The notes: generated by a model from the letters alone, not told the origin. 64,000 nucleotides of DNA from Octopus vulgaris (GCA_951406725.2 OX597815.1:144460001-144524000), one strand, 5' to 3'; shown: positions 12,045 to 24,350, counted from the stretch's first letter. Translations and numbers: made by a program.

Positions 12045-12375
12045 CAATCCCACTTACCTCCCTTATGCATATGAGTGCCTTATACAATCGCATTTATCTC
12101 CCCTATATATATTTTGAGTGTCCCATTTACTTCTTCTATACACCTAAGTTCCTCCCCACCACACTACCTCATTTATCTCCCTATTAGATTGTGTTGCCCA
12201 ATCTCATTAACCTCTCCTCTATAATCTGAGTGTCACTTAACCGCATTTACCTCCCCTGCACATCTAATTTTCTCTCTTACATATTTGAGTGTCCATATAA
12301 GCTTATTTGCCTCTTTTCTATATGCAATTCCCCACTCCCCTGCAATCTCATTTACCTCCCCTGTATATATGAGTT
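12045..12375. repeat. Diverged minisatellite (unit containing catttacctcccct...tttgagtg)
   Basis: The motif recurs about 7 times at roughly 40-50 bp spacing. Confidence 0.6.
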
Positions 12376-12694
12376 GAAAGTGAGCAATTCAGAAATAGAA
12401 GCAGTGAGGTAGTGAAGTGGTAGAACCATTTACGACATCACAAAAATTACCTTGCAGTATCTAGTACTACAGTTCTGAGTTCAAATCTAACCAAGGTCAA
12501 CACTGCTGTTTATTGATGAAATAAACACAAGTTACATACTGGTATTGATTTAAATACTGACCTTGTTTCTGTCTTTACTTTATATGGTAGTATATTGGAA
12601 ATTTGGCTGCTGTTTCTAGCATACTGATCAATTATGTAGAAGCTCCCTTAATAAACTAGATAAGTGTTTACTGATGTTAATATTTTTGTTTTCT

Positions 12695-12910
12695 AGGCAG
12701 TGACCTGGCAGAAATGTTAGCATGACGGGGGAAATGCTTAGCAGTATTTCATCTGTCTTTACGTTCTGAGTTCAAAATCTACCGAGGTCGACTTTGCCTT
12801 TCATTCTTTTGGGGTGGATAAATTAAGTACCAGTTGCGTACTGGGGTTAATCTAATCAACTGGTCCCCTCCTCCCAAATTTCAGGCCTTGTGCCTGGAGT
12901 AGATAAGAAT
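12695..12910 (+). mobile_element. SINE family B
   Basis: ggcag...ctggcagaaatgttagc...gaggtcgactttgcctttcattc. Confidence 0.85.
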
Positions 12911-12949
12911 ATTTTCGTTTCCTTTTCATAATTATTGGAGCTACTTGGA

Positions 12950-13270
12950 ATTCATATTAAAGTATTGAAATTTCTTGTTAGACGCATGGGAAGTATATTT
13001 ATCAAGATTCGTATCAGCTATAATCTTTAAGCCTAATTCTTTGAAAATCTCAAATAGATACTCCTTATTAACAGTATCTATTGTATAACAATTAAATCTT
13101 TGTAAAATAAATTCATTGAATGGATAGACTGACGTCATGGTAAAAACTGAATTATGCAGAGCAGAATCTCTTCTGAAGTGAATCTAAAATGTTTGATCTT
13201 ATTGATTTGGAAAAATCAGCACCATTACAAGATCCCATAACTACATCAAATAATACCTGGCCACTACATT
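12950..13270 (-). mobile_element. Penelope-like element reverse transcriptase relic
   Basis: Fragments LFDVVMGSCNGAD (cf. FDVTMGSxDGAE), FYHDVSLSI (cf. LYRDDGLAI) and KEYLFEIFKELGLKIIADTN occur in the expected order, with stops and frameshifts. Confidence 0.75.
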
Positions 13271-14203
13271 TAACCCTCAAAAGAATGGGAATGCAGTATC
13301 GAAGGAGGTGGCCTTGTGCCAGGTATAGAGAGAATAAAGGAGGAAAGAGGAACTGGAACAGGTGTCTGGCTGTAGAAGAGATACATGGGTCTCCCAAAAA
13401 GAAAGGGGGCAGATGAAGGAGATGAGATATCAGGGTGTGCCCTCCAGGTAAAAAGAACAAAGCAATAAAATAAATAAGAAAATGAGAAGATAGAGCCTTG
13501 TCTACCAGATATGTATACTGAAAAATAACTGAATAGGTAATCTTTGACTATGACTGCCCTAACTGAACACTCATACACATATTGTGTGTGTGTATGTATG
13601 TATGTGTGTGTGTGTTCACTACCAAATGTGGCTTTAAAGTCTATGAAAGCATTAATTAGTCATTAGCTATTTGAAGAAAATGCCCTAGTTACATTCACAT
13701 ATATACATGTGAGTGAGAGATATAGAGGAAGAGAGACAAAGGGAGATTGAGAGTGATAGATAGATAGATAGAGAGAGAAAGATAAAAAAAATTCAGTGAA
13801 ATAGATAAAGAGAGAGAGAGAGAGGTGGGAAGAAGAGAATAATTACTATTTTCTTCTTTTCTTGCTTGATTAAATATGGTGCAGACAGTGTTGTAAGGGT
13901 ATGTGGGTCAGAGACTCTATCAAGAATAATATATTTGTGTGCATGTTATGTGTAGTTAGGACACATATGAGCATGCATGTGTGCATGTGACAGTTTATTT
14001 GAAATAAATTATGGAATAATTCTAAAATAATGTAATAGAAAATAAAATCTAGTTTTGTTTAGATAAGGGTGCAACAGTGTTTATAGAAAGAAATAATAAA
14101 TATTTCAGTAAGATGTTGTACATTGGAAATGGAATGGGAATACTGCCAAGTGGGGTAGTCCTCCTTATTAAGTAGTGGGTATTTTATGGGTGGGCTTGGA
14201 TAT

Positions 14204-14239
<36 letters not shown>

Positions 14240-14579
14240 ATGAATCAAAATGACTGACAGATGGTAGTGCTCAATAAAGTCTGCTCCACTTGGCTATATA
14301 CCCAAAATTCCTTGTGTATGTGTGTTCATTTGTTTAAACACACACACACACACACACACAAACACACACAGTCTTTGAAGTGTTTAAAAAATTAGTGGTT
14401 GTATAAATCCAAATCATTTAAAGTTGCAGAACTTTGCAACTCATCAAATATTTCTTTATAGAGGCCACAAAATTCTAGGTTTATAAAATTAGAGAAATAA
14501 AATTGCATGACCACCAAGGGGAAACATTATTGCTTTGTAACCTGTCCAATCTTCATGTAGAAAATATACTCTAGGCCCC

Positions 14580-14812
14580 TTAACCCTTTTGTTACCATAT
14601 TTCTGGTGAGATGCTTTGTGTTTCTTTCAGTTAATTTCAAATATAACAAAGAATTTAGTAAAATAACTTAGTTATTATCATTTAGCTAGTGTTAGGAACA
14701 TAAATTGTGACTAAGGTTTGGAGGAAGATTTTAATTCAAAACTTATGAAAACTAGACGTTTGTACTACAGAGCCTGAGGTAGTTTCAACCGGGTTGGTAA
14801 TGAAAGGGTTAA
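14580..14812. mobile_element. piggyBac-type MITE, copy 1
   Basis: TTAA|CCCTTT ... AAAGGG|TTAA termini. Confidence 0.85.
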
Positions 14813-14835
14813 GAATTGTTTCTCTATTATATATT

Positions 14836-15065
14836 TTAACCCTTTCATTACTATATTTCTATTAAGATGCTCTGAGTTTCTTTCAATTAATTTCAAATAT
14901 AACAAAGAATTTAGTAAAATAACATAGTTATCATTCAGCTAGTGTTAGGAACATAAATTGTGATTAAGGTTTGGTGGAAGATTTTAATTCAGAAATTATG
15001 AAAACAAGATATTTGTACTGCAGAGCCAGAGGCAGTTTTAGCCAGGTTGGTACCAAAAGGGTTAA
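14836..15065. mobile_element. piggyBac-type MITE, copy 2
   Basis: Same termini and internal sequence as copy 1, 23 bp downstream, same orientation. Confidence 0.85.
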
Positions 15066-15598
15066 TCTGTTCTCAATGGATTGTTGTATCACCAATATTA
15101 AAATAATGTCTGAGCAAGTTAGGAGAAAGAAGTAAGTGTTGGGATGTCTAGAGCAGACCCCAGTCAATACTTTTACTGAAAGAAATCACAGGAATTTGGC
15201 TGTAGTGTAGCCAGACCACATGGGTGGATTATCAAAGCATTACAAGTAACCAAAGTTGCACAACTCCATGCAGTTTATTATTCAACACCTCACCATGACT
15301 ATGTGCACCAACTGAGTGTGATAAACAAACTATTTAAATCTGACATCATAGGTTATCAGAAGGCGTCCTACAGGGTGGTATCTTGTTAGAACTGCTCTTT
15401 GTCCTTTCATTAAATCTGTTATCATATCTGCTTGCAAATAATGTTGTTTACAGAAACAAGATACTCTAAATCCAGAGGCATGGCTCAACTTTTGTTTGCA
15501 GATGGCATGAAGCTGTATTGAACAAGTTTTAACCAATCCAAAAGCAGCTGGATCTTTTTACTCAATATTCCATAGACATTGTTACATCTATCTCAGTC

Positions 15599-16633
15599 GT
15601 AGTGATCAATTCAAAAGATTAAATGTGAAGGTCATTTTAGGATGCAAAGGAGTTGTAATGAATGATATGTTAGTTGTAGACCAACAGTTCTTGCGATCAT
15701 ATTTCCTTCACTTACTTGTCTCTTATCCTGTTCTTATCAAACATGACATTCTCATTTTGTCCAAGATGCTTGTAGTTACCACCTGGTTGTATAGACTTAT
15801 CATGAAGTCATTCATGTTTTAGTAGAAGTTTCAATTTTACAGTCTCAAATAGTCCTTAGATACCTTCTTTCTCTTGTGTTCTTCATTGGCATCAAGTGGG
15901 TGGAGTGTGTTTTCATTTTTTACCACCCATATACAACCTTCTCTGTGAATTTGGCTGCTTCTTTTGAGTTTTGTTGTCATAGAATAGTTGCTCAGAGAGA
16001 GATTTCTGTTAATTAATGTTCCATGTCTAGCTTCATGTACATTTGTTACCCTAACAGTGTTTTTATTTTGTTTTTACAAACTTGAGAGAGGCAGTTACTG
16101 AGCCCTTTGGTCTGTTAGACATGTTTCTTCAATGTTACATGAATGAAGTGGGTTCATATATCTACTGGGAAGTCAATGAAACACTCCAATTTTATGCTGC
16201 TCCTACTGCTTACTTTACCATCAAGTGATTACTACAGATGGAACAAGATATTTCTTACAGATTTAAAACCATAACCCCCTCCCCCGCCACCTTGCATAGG
16301 AAATATAACATGTCCACATCACTGAGGATGTTGAAACTTCTACTAAAACAAAGAAATTTCCATTTTGTTACAACTATTTCAGTTGTTGTAGTGACCAATT
16401 CAAAAGATTAAATGTGAAGGTCATTTTAGGATGCAAAGGAGTTGGGATGAATGATATGCTTGTTGTAGACCAACAGTTCTTGCGATCATATTTCCTTTAC
16501 TTCCTCAAAGCTTTCATTTACTTCTTATCTTCTTCTTATTAATAGTTCCATCAAACACAACATTCTCATTTTGTGCAAGATGCTTGTAGCTAGCACCTGG
16601 TTGTATAGGCTTATCATGAAGCCATTCATGTTT
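15599..16633. repeat. Diverged ~225-245 bp direct repeat pair (15599-15820, 16388-16633) within a probable decayed retroelement
   Basis: Shared caattcaaaagattaaatgtgaaggtcattttaggatgcaaaggagttg...ttatcatgaag.cattcatgttt. The element identity is not established. Confidence 0.8.
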
Positions 16634-17117
16634 AAGTTTGTTTTAGCTGGGCACAAGATTTCATTGAGAAGGTTGTATATGAGTCCTTGAGACAAAAACT
16701 ACGGATCATAGATGGAATAAACCACAGTATGAGTCTGGTGTGATAAACTTGATTCTAGGAGGAAGAAGATAGTTCCAGAATATAACAACACAGATTAGCA
16801 CGATATCTGGGACAATATGAGTCTTCAAGGCCGTCTTCAAATTTGAAGGATAAAAGTTTACACACACACACACACACACACTGAAAGATCAATGTTTTTT
16901 TTGTTTTTTTAATCTTTTCTGTATGTGCAAGTGTGGCTGTGTGGTAAGAGGCCTGCTTCCCAACCATATGGTTTTGGGTTCAGTCCCATTGCATGGCACC
17001 TTGGGCAAATGTCTTCTACTATAGCCTCAGTCTGACCAAAGCCCTGTGAGTGAATTAAATAGATGGAAACTGAAAGAAGCCCATCGTGTATACACACACA
17101 CACACATATATATATAT

Positions 17118-17224
17118 TAAAAATGGGGAAGGCTGGTTTATGGGATTACCTTAGGTTTCCCATCCATAAAGGGTTTAGCTTCATGGTATATTGTCAGATG
17201 CCAAAAGCTGTTGGCCCAAGACCT

Positions 17225-17267
<43 letters not shown>

Positions 17268-17568
17268 TCATCATCATCATCCTCCTGATCATCATCATCT
17301 TTTAACATCAGTTTTCCATGCTAGCATGGGTTGGACAGTTCGACCGGGGTCTGGGAAACCAGGAGGCGGCCTATTTATGGGATTACCTTAGGTTTCCTGT
17401 CCATAAAGAGTTTAGCTTTATGGCATATTGTCAGATCCCAAAACCTGTTGGCCCAAGACCTCTTTAAAATATAGAGGAGGTCTTGGGCCAACAGGTTTAG
17501 GGATCTGACAATATGCTATGGACAGGAAACCTAAGGTAATCCCATAAATAGGCCTTCCCTATTTTTAA
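17118..17568. mobile_element. Three copies (two direct, one inverted) of a ~100 bp hammerhead-bearing unit
   Basis: 17118-17226 and 17368-17463 are direct repeats; 17476-17568 is inverted and forms a hairpin with the second copy. Confidence 0.85.
17379..17439 (-). ncRNA. Hammerhead-like motif with G8-to-A change
   Basis: gggat-CTGACAA-tatg-ccataaag(ctaaact)ctttatgg-acag-GAAA-cctaagg-TA-atccc; sister copies at 17142-17202 (-) and 17500-17543 (+). Confidence 0.6.
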
Positions 17569-17622
17569 GATATACTGCTCTACATGTTAGAGTGTGCTTC
17601 TCCTTTCGGATTTGTTTTTTAC

Positions 17623-17674
<52 letters not shown>

Positions 17675-17827
17675 TTATTTAAAAGCAACAGAAATATAAC
17701 AAAAGCTGTTACTCAGAGTTTCACTTTCCCGTTATATTTCTGCTTCTTTTAAATAAAGCATATCACTCTACCTCTGGTATCTGAGTACTCTTTTTTCCAC
17801 CTTGTTTCACATTTATGTGCTTACTCT

Positions 17828-17868
<41 letters not shown>

Positions 17869-18289
17869 GTATGTATTTGTGTGTCTGTGTTTGTCCCCTA
17901 CACCATCAATTGACCACCGATGTTGGGGTGTTTATGTCCCTGTAACTTAAGAGACCAATAGAATAAGCATTAGGCTTACAACGAATAAGTCCTGGGGGTC
18001 AATTTGTTCAACCCAAAGGGCAGTGCTCCAGCATAGCCACAGTCAAATGACGGAAACAAGTAAAGAGAAAACAAAATGTGTATGTTTGTGTTTGTGTGTG
18101 CATGTGTATGTATGCATACACACATACACACACACATCCATCTATCCATTCATACACTTGCATCCACCTTACCACAACACAGTCAGTGCCTGGAGTATAG
18201 AATATGACGTCAGACACTCTTTTTGCAAAGATACCAACTTCTGCCAGTTTTTTTCCCAATTTCTCTTCGTTTATCTTTCCCCAACACAC

Positions 18290-19035
18290 AACTCTTTCTC
18301 TGCTTATCAACCCACGTTGTTTTTTTTTATTTACTCCTCTCTCTTATCCCCCCCTCCCCCCTCCCCCCTCTCAGCTCTCACTACTCCCCCATCTCTATCT
18401 TATTCTTTCCTTCACTATATTTCCTCCTCCTCTCTCTGCTAATGTCTTCTTTCTCTTTATCTCCCCTTGTTTCTAATACACCCTCACTCTTTCCCTTGTC
18501 TCCAGTTAGTTCTAACCCTTCATTACACACATATGCGTTCTTCCTCTCTCTCCCCCTCTCTCTCACATTTCCATCGTTTTCCCATTATCTACTCCCTTTC
18601 TCTTCCCTTCTCTCTCTATCAGCCATCTGTTCAAGGCTACACCCTCCCTCTTTCTCTCTCTGTCTCCCCCCCTTTTCTCTCTGTCATTTTCCAATTCCCA
18701 TCTCTGCTTTCATCCACACTCCATCTCTTTCTCACTTTTCCTTGCTTCCCTTCCAGTCTCTCTCTCTCTCTCTCCCACACACATACATACCTAAACCCCC
18801 TCTCTCAGTTCCATTCTCTTTTCCATTCCTTCCTCCCTCTACCATCTTTACAAGCCTACTCTCTCACTCTCTCTCTCATTTATTCTCCTCTCCTCACCTC
18901 TAATATCCATGCACTTTCCCTCTCTTTCTCACCTCTCACTGTTTTCGTTTTATCCTCTTCCAATCTCTCTCTCACACTTATCTATATATTCCTCACTCTC
19001 TCTGTCTCTCTCCTTCTCCCTCTATCTCTCTCTCA
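18290..19035. repeat. Long polypyrimidine (CT-rich) low-complexity tract
   Basis: About 750 bp almost devoid of G; it gives rise to the spurious S/L/P/F ORFs. Confidence 0.9.
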
Positions 19036-19293
19036 TTGCCAGAGTTGTTATTGTATTGAATAAAATGCATTTCAATATTTGTACAAATTCTGTAATCTGG
19101 GTTCAAACCCTGCTGAGGTCAACTTTTATTTTCATCTTTTGAAAGTTGCTCACTAATATACCTGCCAGTGTTGGTACAGCTCCCCCCCACCTCTCTTTCC
19201 CACATGAACATACACAAACATACATGCATGTGTGTATGTGTGAGAGAGATTAGAATGACAAGGGAATAAAAAAAGTATGCCAAGAACTTCATT

Positions 19294-19374
19294 AGCTTAC
19301 AGCTGTTTCTGCTACAAGATGCAATACACCCATAGTTGAATGCTCAAGTATCATCCTGTAGCTTCATCAGAACT
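19294..19374 (-). ncRNA. Type I hammerhead ribozyme motif with long stem II
   Basis: agtt-CTGATGA-a-gctacaggatg...catcttgtagc-a-GAAA-cagctg-TA-agct; 11-bp stem II, palindromic stem III, GTA triplet. Confidence 0.75.
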
Positions 19375-19619
19375 TCAAATATAATGCCAACAACTCATTC
19401 CCTATCTCTAATCATCTGTCACACTATTTTCACTCAGTGCACATCCTACTCTACCTCATATTCATGTTGTCCCTTGGTCTCACATTTCTTCCTCTTTTTC
19501 TCTCTCTCTCTCTCTCTCATTCCAGGTGAGCAAGCCATGTATTCACCTCTTCAGCAAGACAGCTGATCCTCTCCCTCCATTATAGTTTCTTTCTCCATTC
19601 TCTATCTCCACTCAGTTTA

Positions 19620-19860
19620 GGGGTCATATCTTGCAGGTAGTTGGCAACCTCACTGGTGCTGGTGCCATGGAAAAAGCACCCAGTCCACTTTGTAAAGTGG
19701 TTGAAGTTAGGAATGACATCCATCTGTAGAAACCTTGCCAAAACAGACAATGGGACCTGGTGTAGCCTTCTGGCTTGCCAGCTCCTTTCAAACCATCCAA
19801 ACCCTGCCTGCATGGAAAACGGATGATAAAAAATAATGATGATGATGATGATGATGATTA
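19620..19860 (+). mobile_element. SINE family D
   Basis: Family D 3' end with (GAT)n tail. Confidence 0.75.
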
Positions 19861-20024
19861 CATATACACACACAACTCTACAAAAACTCAGTTTTGCTAA
19901 GGTAGGTTCTTCTTGAGAACAGCATATATATACATATGTGCGGAGTACATGCATTTATAAACACACCTGTTCAAACATATACAGTCTCTCTCCTGTTTAA
20001 TCTATCAGTGACACACACACACAA

Positions 20025-20056
<32 letters not shown>

Positions 20057-20667
20057 ATAACCTCTCAGTCAAAATTTATCTGAAGCTAATTTTAACACAA
20101 GATGTATGAATCACATTTACTCTCTCTCTTCTCCTCCTCCACCTTCTCCTCTCCCTCCTCTTCCGATATTTCTGTGTCTTCCAAATACAGCAACGACAGA
20201 TCAACAAGACCACATCACTCGCTAAAACACCGAGGATAAGCTGTTGCCTGTAGTCAAATAAATAAACATCCCTTCAATAAACACAAGTCTACACTTTCGC
20301 ACTTTACTGAACAGTTTCGTTTTTCACCTAATTCTGCTTTTTTTTTTTTTTTTTTTTTTTTTTACTTCTTTCTATTTGCTTTAAAGATAAAAGTTGTTGG
20401 ATGTATACATACATATTCAACATCCTTGATCTCTCCTCACCTCCCCACAGTTCAAAACGGAAGAGGCTTCCACAAATAAAATATCGTATTACATAAGTAA
20501 TTACTAAGATTAATTGAACTGAGGGTAAATAAGGAGAATTATGGCATATTTTTGAAGGAATTGGGAATATATAAAACATAACATGGTCTTCTTGAAATGC
20601 TGAAATGAAAATGAAATGCTTACTATCTTTCTCTCTCTCTCTCTCTCTCCCTATCTGTCTATCTGTA

Positions 20668-20738
<71 letters not shown>

Positions 20739-20749
20739 ATATGTTTGTT

Positions 20750-20962
20750 TGCCTGTGTTTGTCCCCCCCAACATCGCTTGACAACCGATGCTGGTGTGTT
20801 TATGTCCCCGTAACTTAACAGTTCAGCAAAAGAGACCGATAGAATAAGTACTAGGCTTACAAAGAATTAGTACTTATTCTATCGACACTTTTGCTGGACT
20901 ACTAAGTTACAAAGATGTAAACAAACCAACACTGGTTGTCAAGCAGTGGTGGGGAACAAACA
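20750..20962. repeat. Tail-to-tail fusion of two family A SINE 3' halves forming a hairpin
   Basis: ...cgatagaataagtacta-ggcttacaaagaat-tagtacttattctatcg...; the arms extend about 100 bp each side. Confidence 0.85.
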
Positions 20963-21718
20963 TAGACCCCCCCTCTGCAAAAAAAACATACACACATAAA
21001 TACATGTACATATGATGGGCTTCTTTCAGTTTCTTATTTATTTACTGCCCAAAAGAGGCTACACACAGCGGGGACAAACGGATTAAGTCAATTATATTGA
21101 CCCCAATGCGCAACTGGTACTTATTTAATCGACCCCGAAAGGATGAAAGGCAAAGCTAACCTCAGCTGAATTTGAACTCAGAACATACCGGAAAACGAAA
21201 TACCACTAAGCATTTTGCCCGGCATGCTAACGTTTCTGCCAGCTCGTCGCTGGTAGACAGTTTCTGCCTACCAAATCCACTCACAAAACTTAGGTTGGCC
21301 CTAATGAATAGTAGAAGACACTTACCCAATGTGGACATAGTGGGACTGAACATGGAACCATAAGGTTGGGAAGTAAACTTCTTACCACAGCCACACTTGT
21401 GCCTATGTCAATAAATTGTGTATATATTATATTTGTGTGTTTATATATGTGTGTGTGTATTAATCAAAGTATACAGTATCATAGATCCATTTCAGCCAGT
21501 CTAACCAATTGGTCACACACTGGGTATTAATACGGTTTACTAACACTCTGAAGAGTATGTGATGTTAGTTGACTGCACTATCATCTGATATCTGATGTGA
21601 AACCAATTGGTATGATAAGCTAAAATGGATCTGCAATATTGTATACTTTGATTAATCTTCCACTCTACAAATATATGAGCGTGTATTTTTTTCTGATTTT
21701 ATGGATTCTAAATAACTA

Positions 21719-21749
<31 letters not shown>

Positions 21750-22339
21750 AACATATAATCAAATAATTATAGAAAGTGTCTAGTGTCAAAAATGTATCCC
21801 ACGAGGGAAAATAAACAAATATGACCCAAATTACACAACAAAAACAGCCAACCTGATAGAAAGAATACAAAACAACTTGATGCAACTTCAATCATAACAC
21901 ATCAACAACCACAACAGAGATAACAACTCTACATGAAGCAACAAAACAAGAAAAAAAGAGAACAACTAAACATTAAATAAAACAAGCAAAATAGCAGAAA
22001 ATTGGCTGTCATTCGTTTCCAATATAAAGCACAAATTATGTAGGCTGTTCTAAAAATGAGCAACATCACGTCCCACACACTTCCCTTGTTACAGGAACTT
22101 TGAGTAATAGCCACCATGCTTCTGCAGTAAGTAAACTCACTTATCAAGTTGTTTTCAATATTCAGTTATAAAAAGCAACACTGAGAAGATGGGGACACAG
22201 ACATTGGTCCCTTTAATTCTGTCAGATACCAGAAAAATCATCAGAGAAAGAAATCATAAATTTGAAAGCTTTAAACCTAAAACCAAAAACTTTAAAATCT
22301 CAGCTATATATCTAAATACCTAAAAATCTAAATTAATGT

Positions 22340-22556
22340 ACCCTTAATGTAGCTCTCAGGGAAATTCAGTGTCACACAGAATGTAACAAGGATGAGCCTT
22401 GGAACGACAGGCACAACTCATTTTTAGCAGCTGAGTGGACTGGAGCAACATGAAATAAAGCAACTTGCTCAAGGACACAACATACCACCAAGGTTCGAAC
22501 TTGTGACTTGATGTCCATGATCCAAATACCCTTACCACTAAGCCACGTGCCTTCAC
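22340..22556 (-). mobile_element. SINE family C
   Basis: Colinear with 6890-7105. Confidence 0.8.
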
Positions 22557-22572
22557 ACAACAGATGGAAATA

Positions 22573-23153
22573 CAGTAATCCGTCAACTATCGCGAGTGCT
22601 ACATTCCAAACTCCATCTTGCAATTGGTGAAAATCCGCAAAGTAGAAACAGTACTGTACTGTTATGTCTGGGGAGAGTCATTCTCTTTTACTGCCTTATA
22701 ATTTAACACACTCACCGGTAAAATTTCCACTCATTTACTTACTTATTTTTGTTGACTCTGTTATTCAAGCTGCATTCTTTGAATAATGGACAGAGTCAAC
22801 AAGTATTGAAAAGGTTGCAAGACATAACGAAAATTTTAGAGAAATAAATAAATAAATGAGTGGAAATTTTACCGGCATGTGTATTAAATTATAAGGCACC
22901 AAAAGAGAATGACTCTCCCCAGACACAACAGAATATGCTTCAACACATGAACTCACATAAAGAATCTTGCAAACAAAATCCAAAAATAAGTACTGTACTG
23001 TATATTTTTTTTATTATTGTATATTGTTTTATTACTTTTATAATTTGTATATATTTATTTTATTATAAATGCAAAATACCACCACAGAGGAATCGACATA
23101 AGCTTAAATATTAAACCGCGATAGGTGAACCGCTATGTGGTGAGGGATTGCTG
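22573..23153. mobile_element. Tc1/mariner-pogo-type MITE (TA TSD) carrying a nested insertion
   Basis: TA|CAGTAATCC ... GGATTGCTG|TA; an uninterrupted sister copy lies at 51802-52022 in the opposite orientation. Confidence 0.8.
22663..22988. mobile_element. Nested insertion with ~85-bp inverted repeats and 13-bp target duplication
   Basis: Inverted arms at 22659-22745 and 22843-22930; agtactgtactgt duplicated at 22650-22662 and 22989-23001. Confidence 0.75.
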
Positions 23154-23550
23154 TAAATTTCTGCTTAATCTACAGTGCGTTTGTCAACAGAAATGAAAGA
23201 GAATCCGTTCAGGATTTTTACCTATTCACTGAGTTTCTAAACAAATAACAACACTGAAGCTTTCATGACTCACAGATCATATTCCACTCCTATTTCATGC
23301 CTGAATGGTTATCTATATGAAGGACATTTATTTATAAAATGTAACTGATGCAATAAAATCATGCTGTAATTTAGAAACCTTTGACCATGTAAAATAAAAA
23401 AAGAACCCAGTTATTTAATCATTCACAAATTGGTTGGCATAAAAACACAAGTATGCTGTTGTTGTGCATAAGTTTAAGACACAAAAAAGCGACGCTACTT
23501 GAATCCCAATTCCTTGGTTTTCCAGAGGACAGTGTCAACAATTAACAATA

Positions 23551-23709
23551 GGTGCAGAAGTGGCTGTTGTGGTAAGAAGCTTGCTTCCCAACCACATGGT
23601 TCTGGGTTCAGTCCCAATGCATGGCACCTTAGGCAAGTGTCTTCTACTATAGCCTTGGGCTGATCAAAGCCTAATGAGTGGATTTCGTAGACAGAAACTG
23701 AAAGAAGCC

Positions 23710-23751
<42 letters not shown>

Positions 23752-23970
23752 GAGTGTGTGTGTGGTGTTTGTGCTCCACCACTGCTTGACAACTGGTGTT
23801 GGTGTGTTTACATCCCTGTAACTTAGCAGTTCAGCATAAGAGACAGATAAAATAAGTACCTAGCTTTAAAAATATATATATATAATAAATGCTGAGATCA
23901 ATTTATTTGACTAAAATTCTTCAAGGTGATACTCCAGCATGGCCAGTCAAATGGCTGAAACAAGTAAAAG
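23551..23970 (+). mobile_element. SINE family A, full length
   Basis: gtgcagaagtggctgttgtggtaag head, internal (TA)n and gaaacaagtaaaaga tail. Confidence 0.85.
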
Positions 23971-24350
23971 ATACCACCATCACCACCACCACTACTACTA
24001 CTCTCATCTCTAACCTAATCAAATGTCTTACCTTCTTTCTTAATAAGCTGCCAACATCAAAAGTAACATAAACTTATCAGTTTTAATAGAATTACCTTGC
24101 TCTGGATATTCCAACTTAACCAAACTCTAACCAATTCCTTTTCCCTTTTATTTATTTACAGAAATACCAAACATATTCCCATCTGTAGTAAAGATTGTTT
24201 GCCAACATAATATGGCAGTCCCAGTTTAGGAGAATGTTGCCGTAATTTAGCCCCAGGAGACATCGTCTCCAGTTAGCTATACGACAACGATCTGTGTCCT
24301 TATATTTTCGAACAAGGGAATCTAGCACCCCCACTCAGTTCAAAACAATA

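Noticed and set aside
18023-19142. Long overlapping ORFs of 139-226 aa
   Set aside because: They result from the stop-poor CT-rich tract; no domain or splice support.
21545-21620. CTGAAGA...GAAACCAATTGGTA hammerhead-like pieces
   Set aside because: A palindromic stem III is present, but no consistent core plus stem I/II pairing.
22800-22850. TTGAAAA-ggttgcaagacataac-GAAA as a U3-A8 hammerhead variant
   Set aside because: Stems I and III cannot be formed in the correct register.
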